Source: an uncultured Methanosarcinales archaeon (GTDB lineage Archaea; Nanobdellota; Nanobdellia; Woesearchaeales; GW2011-AR9). From it: a stretch of 64,000 bases of DNA. Positions within the stretch are counted from its first letter, which is position 1. The number at the start of each line of letters is the position of its first letter. The stretch covers positions 1 to 64,000 of the forward strand of contig CAYFMJ010000001.1 of NCBI GenBank assembly GCA_964344235.1, written 5' to 3'. Below the pieces are notes generated by a model. The model worked only from the letters and a program-made list of their open reading frames with translations, was not told the origin of the DNA and searched no databases. The translations under genes and the position numbers were made by a program. Positions 20,401 through 27,010 of this stretch are shown here, one piece after another.

Positions 20401-22072
20401 CGCAACCGGGATCGTCCATATCGACGAGTGTATCGCCATCATTGTCAATGCCATCTGAACAAGCGGTTGCAAGAACTACAATTGTTACATCTTGCGTTGC
20501 TACGTCAATCTCGTCAGTTGCAACAAACGTAACTTCGTGAGTTCCAATTTGATCGGATGTTGGGGTCCACGTGAATTCTGGGGTGTTGAATGAAGCGCCT
20601 GTTGGGAGAGGTTCTTCCCAGACAACTTTGACAGTGTCCTCAGCATCAGCATCAGTAACATCAACATCAAATTGTAGAAGTGTTCCCACTGGAATTTCAT
20701 AATAGTCACCCGAAGTGAATTCAGGAAGCTGGTTCACGTCTAGAACGGTGTAATCAAATGTCTGTTTCACTTTATGTGTTTCATCTTCTGCATAGACAAT
20801 TAACGTTGTTGATTTTTTTGTATCTGGGTGTTGAACGTACGTGTAATCTGGGGCGAAGGTAAATTGCCCAGTGCCATCGTTATTGTCAATGAATAAAACA
20901 TCTGTAGGAAGTGGAAGGTGGAGGCAGGTGTTCGTACCACTAATGCAACTATAAGTGTATGCAGAAAGTGTTACGGAATCAGAGTCCTCGTCTTCTGCGG
21001 TGATAGAAAGTACAGCTGTTTCGCCCTCATTGATTGTAATGTCATCTAATGGATCCCCACCGTTAATTATTGGACTCTGTTTCTCTTCGATTTTGAGAAT
21101 AACTCCGTAGGAGAAAGAGTCTTTACCATCGGTTACTGTAATGAATAAAGGGTAGATCCCTGCCGCGGTAGGTGTTCCGTAAATAAGTGCATTATCACTT
21201 CCTTCCCCAAGATCAGTAAATTGTACTCCTGGTGGAAGTTTGGTAATGATGGAATCAACAGAAAACTCTAAAGGATCGTTATCTGCATCAATACCAATAA
21301 CATCGATTGCTAATAGTTCGTTAACTGGTCTTTCAAACACAGGGAATGGTAGAAGTGCAAATAAGATGCTGTCTGCATCGGGGCTTAAGTCAAATGTTGG
21401 CGGGTGGTTTTCGTCTGAAGGTTCAAGAACGGTAATCGTTATCGTTTCTTCATCCGTGCCACCATTACCATCGTCTACTGTAATTGTGATTGTATATGTC
21501 CCCGGTTCTGTTGGTGTCCAGGAAAACTCTCCAGTGTCTTCATCGAAGGACATACCAGGTTCAGTTGGTTCTACTTCGTATGTTAATGTATCTCCATCTT
21601 CATCAGTTGCGGTTACTTGGAACTCAAGCGTTTGGTCTGCTTCAATTTCTTTATCACTAATAGGATCTAAAACAGGCGGGGAGTTGAGGGGAGTTACAAC
21701 CAAGGTAATTTCCTCTTGATCCACGTCTGTTGATGTGGTTGCAGTGATTTGGACAGTGTATGTTCCTTCCAGATCGTCGGTGTTTATTGTAAATAAGTGA
21801 TCATAGAAGAAATCGGAATAACTATTTATGTCAGCAAACGTTTGGATAATAGTTGTTCCTTCTAACAACACAACATCTATGTCCAGTGGGGGATTAGTAG
21901 TGTCGGCTTCTGCTTCGAAAAGAACGTTCGTGCCAGCTTCCACGGTTAGAGTTGTGGAACCAGGAGCATCAACCCACCAGATAAACACCGCAACATCATC
22001 TGCTGCTGCAGGTGTAGTGAATAGTGCAAGTACTAGTAGAACTGTTAGTATAATGTTGTATTGTTTTTTCAT
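17432..22072 (-). CDS. Giant Ca-binding adhesin, 1546 aa: cadherin/PKD-like domains, 10 Cys-Asp repeats, vWA, SdrD-B, CARDB
   Basis: Signal peptide; NxPP...FTWTP cadherin-like motifs; CxDGIDNDGDG repeats; VIDTSSS MIDAS; ITIYIDENNN...TDSNGAFLFPDLGPGTYIVRE. Confidence 0.85.
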   Translation of the reverse strand: MKKQYNIILTVLLVLALFTTPAAADDVAVFIWWVDAPGSTTLTVEAGTNVLFEAEADTTNPPLDIDVVLLEGTTIIQTFADINSYSDFFYDHLFTINTDDLEGTYTVQITATTSTDVDQEEITLVVTPLNSPPVLDPISDKEIEADQTLEFQVTATDEDGDTLTYEVEPTEPGMSFDEDTGEFSWTPTEPGTYTITITVDDGNGGTDEETITITVLEPSDENHPPTFDLSPDADSILFALLPFPVFERPVNELLAIDVIGIDADNDPLEFSVDSIITKLPPGVQFTDLGEGSDNALIYGTPTAAGIYPLFITVTDGKDSFSYGVILKIEEKQSPIINGGDPLDDITINEGETAVLSITAEDEDSDSVTLSAYTYSCISGTNTCLHLPLPTDVLFIDNNDGTGQFTFAPDYTYVQHPDTKKSTTLIVYAEDETHKVKQTFDYTVLDVNQLPEFTSGDYYEIPVGTLLQFDVDVTDADAEDTVKVVWEEPLPTGASFNTPEFTWTPTSDQIGTHEVTFVATDEIDVATQDVTIVVLATACSDGIDNDGDTLVDMDDPGCDSPEDDNEFNDLLPQCSDNLDNDFDGHIDEEDFGCYEETGNYNPFDNDESDDISFECSDGIDNDGDGLVDIDDPGCNEEGGFYDPLDNDEFNPLPPSFEITGIKCEDTNRDGICEITSVTGAPTILYVIDTSSSTISPFAGDPVPDMNGDGAVNTVLDAEIAAYIALTEHIVAEGFGDSATIAIISFNDFATEVDTQPGTAGIQITSLAGDDTDGNGELDIVEALGTLASGGSTDYEAALQKALEIYGSESLESENSNLIFLSDGAPLNFNYFDEAIELQSKINNVRAFGVGATATLGPLQDIDPAAQIFENSNKLIDFFGLGGSVILGDDILLEGITIYIDENNNEMLDADEYFTITDSNGAFLFPDLGPGTYIVREIIPEGYIQMAPSDGFFEVTLPVTSPTNLEFANAVAYCSDGVDNDADGFIDFPADAGCESPEDDNETNIVVEVAECSDDIDNDGDGLNNAADPGCYDEEGNYDPLDDDESDATTQCQDGIDNDGDGFVDFPDDFSCDSPQDDDEELPAAQCQDGIDNDGDGNIDELDEGCLDEDGNYNAQDNDESDEPVIILNQCEDGLDNDADWLIDFPNDPGCESSHDDDESDDPVINEDPTIEPIKPQTVNEGELLEIDFTIDDPEDDLLIVEVASPDSITMNLESIAGNAVNLIDNGDNTYTIQLKPLFTFVQHPSLEEGFTLVIAVMDNAGNRVQEEFEVTVFDVNQIPQFVSETAYSVSLGDTLTFTIEAIDGDSEDILKYDFNLPLPTGATTHNQEFTWAPAVDQIGTHNLRVSVTDSIINTPILEDIIIVVGATVCSDNLDNDNDGLTDAKDPGCYDESGNYNPLDNNEGDTTTACQDGIDNDFDGFLDLEDPGCENPFDNDEFHIIKKPKKGIEIVYAHPTPEVVYPGESTTIVTRVENNGNVDLKDVRFTVFIYDLEYYYSTGEFNLDDGEGETRVIPLQIPDYAPSGDYVIKVTAKNSQIHETAHRIITVQ
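17770..20470 (-). repeat. Ten C-x-D-x-x-D-N-D-x-D-(G)...D-x-(G)-C intragenic repeats in short and long variants
   Basis: Counted in the translation in three clusters (3+5+2). Confidence 0.85.
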
Positions 22073-22090
22073 TTTTCAAAACATCCTCTT

Positions 22091-23728
22091 TTATCGTTCT
22101 GGTTGTGTTAATGGATCGTAATTTGGATCATCGGTTCTGAACTCCCGAGGGACATAAGCATCATTGCTGCCAGCTTCACGTGCTGCGTCTCTACGGTATC
22201 TTCGAATTGCTTCCGACTCAAAGGGCGTTCCTTCAGTTGTTTCAGGAGTAGGTGTTGGTTGCGGCGATTCTTGTGGAGAGGGAGTAGTATACGCCGGTGT
22301 CGCAGGAGTTGCTCCCTGGTCTGGCACAATATACTGTTCGGTTGGCCTCGGTTGAATCTCTTCTGGAGCCACATAGACAGGACTTGGATCGACTTCTATA
22401 CCATAATCATCTGGAAGAGGGTGAAGTTGATTATAAATGTCTGGTTCTGCTGTTGATTCGGGTGTTGTTGCATCGGCCCCCGTTTTGAATTCGAAGAGGG
22501 TTCCAAAACTAACAGTAAGAACCCAAGGCGATTGACCAATAGCTTCACGAGCACCAGAATAACCAGCACCGAGTCTTCCAGCGAGGTCAATGCGCGCATG
22601 GTCAGTTTCAGCGATGGTGCCGTTAATTCCTACTTCCAGATTTAAATTACCGTAAACAACAGTTCGGCTATCTTCGGTTATCGTTGGGCCGAGTACTTTT
22701 GGTCCACCTTCCCCGTCAGGAAGGAGCGTTGGGGCATAATGATCAAGAACCTCCGGGATTTCAGAGTGAACGGAAACTGTGTGTTCTACTGAAGTTGTTT
22801 CCGTAACTCGAGTTGGATTGATCCCTCCTCTTAGACGAGCGAAAATGTCAAAGTCTTCAAAGTCATAGTGCAGTTGTGCCACTAGGTCTAATCCTCCTAC
22901 GAAACGATGAAGTGAATCTCTTTCATTCGTTTCACCACTTCGTAAATCGTAGGTGCCGTCAAGATTTTGTTCTGCGGTAATTGGGTTGATGATAAGGTTC
23001 CCACTTGAAGGGTCAGCGAAATAGAAACCGCCTCTAGCCCCTCCACCAAAACTAATGCCCCACGGAGTTTCATCGATGTTTGGGATATCAAGTAAGTAGG
23101 TAGCAGCTAGCGACCCAAGACCATCTTTGCTCACAAAAGGAGTTTCAAAGAGTAATCCAACTTCTAGTAAATGGCGGAGGTCAACCTTTTCTGTGTCGGT
23201 TGGCCGTTCCTCAAGCTCGCGGATTCTCTGTTGTGCTGCTTCCAAATTAGCTGCTAGCTGAGTTTTAGCTTCTTCGCAGTCTGTTTTTTCTGCGTGGCAC
23301 TGTCGTGCTTTATCTTCACATCCTGAAAGTAGAGTGTCTACTTCTTCCCTCGTTACGGAATCTTGGTCTAATGTAGAGTCAAGGATGTAACATAATTTAT
23401 CCGAAGCACAACCTTTGACGAGCTTATCGGTATATTGGTCCCACGGCATCCCGCCATCGGGATTAATATTTGCGCCATTTTCAGCTAAGATTCTTGCTTC
23501 ACTTTCTCTAAGACAAATACCCAGGTTACCACCATGTTCGCTTGCGAATTCATCTGACTCGCAATATGCTTTTACTCTTACTTTTGGTTGTTTCTTTTGT
23601 TTTTTGGTTTCGCCTTCAGTCACTAACTCCATCTGGTCTGATTTGCCAGGAGGTTGAGCATATGAGGGATTAGTTAAAGAAATTCCTGCAGCTGCAATTA
23701 TAGCAGCTAGTGTGAGCCTTTTTATCAT
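22091..23728 (-). CDS. Secreted protein: Cys-rich N-domain, coiled coil, predicted 8-stranded beta-barrel, Pro/Thr-rich tail
   Basis: Signal peptide MIKRLTLAAIIAAAGISLTNPSYA; eight amphipathic strands ending in WVLTVSFGTLFEF; no TM helix after the signal peptide. Confidence 0.6.
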   Translation of the reverse strand: MIKRLTLAAIIAAAGISLTNPSYAQPPGKSDQMELVTEGETKKQKKQPKVRVKAYCESDEFASEHGGNLGICLRESEARILAENGANINPDGGMPWDQYTDKLVKGCASDKLCYILDSTLDQDSVTREEVDTLLSGCEDKARQCHAEKTDCEEAKTQLAANLEAAQQRIRELEERPTDTEKVDLRHLLEVGLLFETPFVSKDGLGSLAATYLLDIPNIDETPWGISFGGGARGGFYFADPSSGNLIINPITAEQNLDGTYDLRSGETNERDSLHRFVGGLDLVAQLHYDFEDFDIFARLRGGINPTRVTETTSVEHTVSVHSEIPEVLDHYAPTLLPDGEGGPKVLGPTITEDSRTVVYGNLNLEVGINGTIAETDHARIDLAGRLGAGYSGAREAIGQSPWVLTVSFGTLFEFKTGADATTPESTAEPDIYNQLHPLPDDYGIEVDPSPVYVAPEEIQPRPTEQYIVPDQGATPATPAYTTPSPQESPQPTPTPETTEGTPFESEAIRRYRRDAAREAGSNDAYVPREFRTDDPNYDPLTQPER

Positions 23729-24774
23729 TGTTCATCACCACAATTAATTGGATATAATCTAAAGTTTAAAGGGTTCTCCGACCGATCTAGCCACGTTAAA
23801 AGGAGGTCTACAACCCCTGGCTGGTCTTCGCTACCGTACATTAAAGATGGCCTAGCTCCATCGAAAACGGTTGTTCTATAGGTTGCTTCCAACTGGTCCC
23901 TTAAAGATTTTGGTTGGTAAGAAGCAACTTTGTCTCCCCTTCTGGGATGGATGATAATATTACTCGTTCCACAGGTAAATGCTTCCAAGAGGCTTTGATA
24001 ATGAGCAATATCATCTTTATCAAACCCATCGAGCACTGAAGCGAGTTTGTCGTATTTCAACGGCGTTCCTTGAAGAGAGTAGCCTTCTAATGGGTGGATA
24101 TCCGCGGAGAATACTAAATCTGTTGGTTCTTCATCGACTGGGGGAGGGGGGCATAAATCGAATTCTGGTTGTAACTCGCCATTGAAACATTGGTAAAGAA
24201 TATCCGGTTCTGCTGATGGTTCTGGACAATCATAGCGGTCAGAAACGATACTGTCGTCAAGACATTGGTATTGTGTGATAACTATGGGTTCTTCAGAGTT
24301 AGGTGTTTCTCCTGGAAGTAAAGTGAAATCTGGGAGGCTAGGACATAGTTCTCTGTCGTAGACCCAACTACCATCAAGACATTCAAACTGGGTTGTTTCA
24401 TTCGGGTCAACTGTTTGAACAACTGCCGCTGGCTCAGTTCTTTGTGGTTCATATGAAGCAACGAAATGCGTAACTGCGCCAAGAGCAAATCCAACACCCA
24501 ACATACCAAGTGCCCAGCCTGCTGTTGGTCGTGTACGTGTTGGAGGGGCTTGATGTATTTGTACTGGTTCTATAACCTCAGCTTCATCTTCGTCAGGGAC
24601 AACCGCTTCTACTTCTTCCAATTGAACCCTATAAGTCTCACACTGTTCTCGGAGTTGGGCGATCGTTCCTTCTTGATCCTCAATAGCCCGTTCCAAACCT
24701 TTTGCTTTTGCTCGAAGATCAACATTCCTTCTACGAAGCCTATCAATCTCTCCGTCTCTAGAATCTTTACTCAT
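23725..24774 (-). CDS. Single-pass membrane protein with an N-terminal coiled coil and three disulfide mini-repeats
   Basis: TM GWALGMLGVGFALGAV; repeats FECLDGS..ELCP, YQCLDDS..YDCP, YQCFNGE..DLCP; ATGA overlap with the next gene. Confidence 0.65.
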   Translation of the reverse strand: MSKDSRDGEIDRLRRRNVDLRAKAKGLERAIEDQEGTIAQLREQCETYRVQLEEVEAVVPDEDEAEVIEPVQIHQAPPTRTRPTAGWALGMLGVGFALGAVTHFVASYEPQRTEPAAVVQTVDPNETTQFECLDGSWVYDRELCPSLPDFTLLPGETPNSEEPIVITQYQCLDDSIVSDRYDCPEPSAEPDILYQCFNGELQPEFDLCPPPPVDEEPTDLVFSADIHPLEGYSLQGTPLKYDKLASVLDGFDKDDIAHYQSLLEAFTCGTSNIIIHPRRGDKVASYQPKSLRDQLEATYRTTVFDGARPSLMYGSEDQPGVVDLLLTWLDRSENPLNFRLYPINCGDEQ

Positions 24775-24863
24775 TGTAAATATAGTTCCCCCATCCACTC
24801 CGATGACAAAGTCTTATATAAAGTTTTTGCAAGGGTTGTTAACGAAGAGTAGTAACTAAGTGG

Positions 24864-26033
24864 TTAGAAAAATGTGCTAAAGATTTGATAGATGATGCCA
24901 ACAACGAAAAGAGCTATGAGAAACATGCCAACAAACTTCGGGGTTTTCAGGGAATATTCCGGTTTTCGTTCTCCCAGTTTTTTTGCTTTCCAGTATATTA
25001 ACACGATTAAAATTGCATCCAAACCACCTGCGATGGCCCCAGTAACACCAAGCACGGAAATGAACGTTGTAAGGTTGAAGAGAACAATGATGAGGGGGAA
25101 GGAAAACGTTAACAGGATTGCAGCCCAGTGTGGAAAATCATAATCGTATCTATATGCATCCACTAATGCTAATCCTAATGCTAGGAAAGAGGTGAGCATG
25201 GTAATGATGGCGAGGAGGTTCGCGAAAAGTCCTAGGATCGGTTGGGAATATATACTAAGAGCAATTGTTGCTATTCGTTCGTTAGGGAGGAGTGCTTCAA
25301 ATTGTGGTAAACCCACTAAACCAACGATGATAAGTGAGAAGATCATATAGAGAAAGATTGGGATGACAGAGCCAATGATGATAGCTTTCTTCATTCTGTG
25401 TTTTTGATTCCCTAACACTTGTGCCATCTCTGGCAGAGCAGGCGAAGCCATAAAAGCGAAGAGAATAACACCATAGGGTAGAAAGAAGTGTAATGGATCA
25501 AACGAAGTGAAGTTCGTGAGAGAAATTTGGTCGAATGAAAAAATTCCAAGAGCGAGGACAACGAGGAAGAGGAGAGAGATGAGAATTAATTCCGCTTTGC
25601 CCGTTGCTTTGACCCCTTTGTAAATGATGAACACCATGACGGCAAAGAAAATGAGTGTGTAGAGGAGCGGTGTTCCAACACCAAGTACTGCATGAATTGT
25701 TGCTCCCTCACCAATTAGGTATGCTGTTAAGGCACCGTAGATGTTGATGAAGAGTGCTATTAGCATAACAACTTTGCCTTTTGCACCGAGGTATTTTTCT
25801 GCATAGCCAGTGAGTTGATGTTTCCCCTTTGTTCTAAGAACAATCTCTCCCGCGAAGAGGTTTAGAAAGATGAATGCTATTCCAATAAGGAGGATAATAA
25901 AGAAACCATAAAGAACACCTGCTTTGGCAATGACGTAAGGGATTCCTAGGATGCCAGCACCAACTATTGTACCAATCAACGTGGTGATGGCCATCAAGAA
26001 TTTATTCTGTAGGAACGGTACCTCTTTTTGCAT
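24864..26033 (-). CDS. Aromatic amino-acid permease (Trp/Tyr, HAAAP family)
   Basis: TLIGTIVGAGILGIPY, YGALTAYL, PYGVILFAF; ~11 TMs. Confidence 0.88.
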   Translation of the reverse strand: MQKEVPFLQNKFLMAITTLIGTIVGAGILGIPYVIAKAGVLYGFFIILLIGIAFIFLNLFAGEIVLRTKGKHQLTGYAEKYLGAKGKVVMLIALFINIYGALTAYLIGEGATIHAVLGVGTPLLYTLIFFAVMVFIIYKGVKATGKAELILISLLFLVVLALGIFSFDQISLTNFTSFDPLHFFLPYGVILFAFMASPALPEMAQVLGNQKHRMKKAIIIGSVIPIFLYMIFSLIIVGLVGLPQFEALLPNERIATIALSIYSQPILGLFANLLAIITMLTSFLALGLALVDAYRYDYDFPHWAAILLTFSFPLIIVLFNLTTFISVLGVTGAIAGGLDAILIVLIYWKAKKLGERKPEYSLKTPKFVGMFLIALFVVGIIYQIFSTFF

Positions 26034-26090
26034 GGTCTAGAGGGAGGTATGTTTGTTTATAATGGTTGTGGAGAATGGTGGGACTCACAA

Positions 26091-26187
26091 CCCACTCGAC
26101 AGGTATGAGTGAATCTTATAAGTCTGCAATACTCATTTTATCTCTCTTTGTTTTATTCCGGGAGCAAACAAAGAGGTGATAAAAATG
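26091..26187 (+). promoter_or_regulatory. Conserved LAGLIDADG leader cassette, copy 1 (CCCACTnGACA, TATA box, SD-sequestering hairpin)
   Basis: CCCACTCGACA 26091-26101; CTTATAA 26115-26121; stem CTCTTTGTTT 26144-26153 / AAACAAAGAG 26166-26175; GAGGTGAT-N4-ATG. Confidence 0.75.
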
Positions 26188-26829
26188 AAATTTAATGAAG
26201 ATTTGGCAGAGATCGTAGGGATTATGCTCGGCGATGGAGGTCTCCATCTGAACAAATCAAACAAATATAACTTAACTATTTCATCTGATAAAAAAGAGTT
26301 AGAGTACCTCGAATCTGTGAAATCATTGTTTACTGATTATTTCAAAAGTTATACATTTAGTATTTGGGAGTGTAAAGAGAAATTGTCGCTTGGCCATACC
26401 TCGGTGTTCGTGGGTGAGCAACTAATTAAGGCTGGCTTAAAGCATGGCAATAAGGTCAACAACAAAGTGCAGGTGCCAACATGGATTTTCTCAAATGAGC
26501 AGTTTTTAATCCGGTTGGTGAGGGGCATGTTTGATACAGATGGTTGTATCTACCGCAAATATGATCAATTTGCACAAATTCAGTTTAAATTCGGGTGTTT
26601 TGAAACTACAAAATCCCTTCACGATGTAATAAAAATTTTGAATTTTAATCCAACAGTAATTCAGAGGGAATTCAATAAATCTAAAGGATTCTATGCGTGG
26701 AAGTTCTACCTATGTCGACAAAGTGAGATTGATTCATTTTTTCAATCTATTAAGCCACGAAATCCAAAGCATGTTGAGAGATATAACAAAATAAGGAGTG
26801 GGGACGCTGGGATTCGAACCCAGATCTAA
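26185..26829 (+). CDS. Free-standing two-motif LAGLIDADG homing endonuclease
   Basis: LAEIVGIMLGDGG and RLVRGMFDTDGCI; VPTWI linker; the 3' end runs antisense into tRNA-Trp. Confidence 0.9.
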   Translation: MKFNEDLAEIVGIMLGDGGLHLNKSNKYNLTISSDKKELEYLESVKSLFTDYFKSYTFSIWECKEKLSLGHTSVFVGEQLIKAGLKHGNKVNNKVQVPTWIFSNEQFLIRLVRGMFDTDGCIYRKYDQFAQIQFKFGCFETTKSLHDVIKILNFNPTVIQREFNKSKGFYAWKFYLCRQSEIDSFFQSIKPRNPKHVERYNKIRSGDAGIRTQI

Positions 26830-26958
26830 GGCTTACCACAGAGAAGGTTTTTTCATCGCTTACGCTCAACCCTCCATTACTGGAGGCCCCTATATTGGTC
26901 AGTGTTTTAACACTTCTAGCCAGGATGTACGAAATTACTTTCTTTATACTACGTCCCC
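26799..26958 (-). tRNA. tRNA-Trp(CCA) with three introns (15/16, 22/23, 37/38)
   Basis: Acceptor GGGGACG/CGTCCCC, T-arm CTGGG-TTCGAAT-CCCAG; removing 26925-26943, 26895-26915 and 26834-26879 gives a canonical 74-nt tRNA (74+19+21+46=160). Confidence 0.88.
26834..26879 (-). ncRNA. tRNA-Trp intron carrying a minimal box D'/C' guide for C34 2'-O-methylation
   Basis: TGGAGG guide followed by TTGA, a GC-GTAA-GC hairpin and CGATGA; the +5 rule points to C34. Confidence 0.6.
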
Positions 26959-27010
26959 GTGAGTTTTGCAGAAAGAGAAGTTTTTTATTAAGCTTTTGTT
27001 TCGCAAGAAC

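Noticed and set aside
26102-26140. CTTATAA as a tRNA-Ile(TAT) anticodon loop
   Set aside because: No anticodon stem, D-arm or matching acceptor 5' strand; better explained as the TATA box of the endonuclease cassette
26185-26829. LAGLIDADG ORF as an intein or as an intron-encoded ORF within tRNA-Trp
   Set aside because: It has its own promoter, SD and ATG, lacks intein splicing motifs, and lies outside the tRNA on the opposite strand
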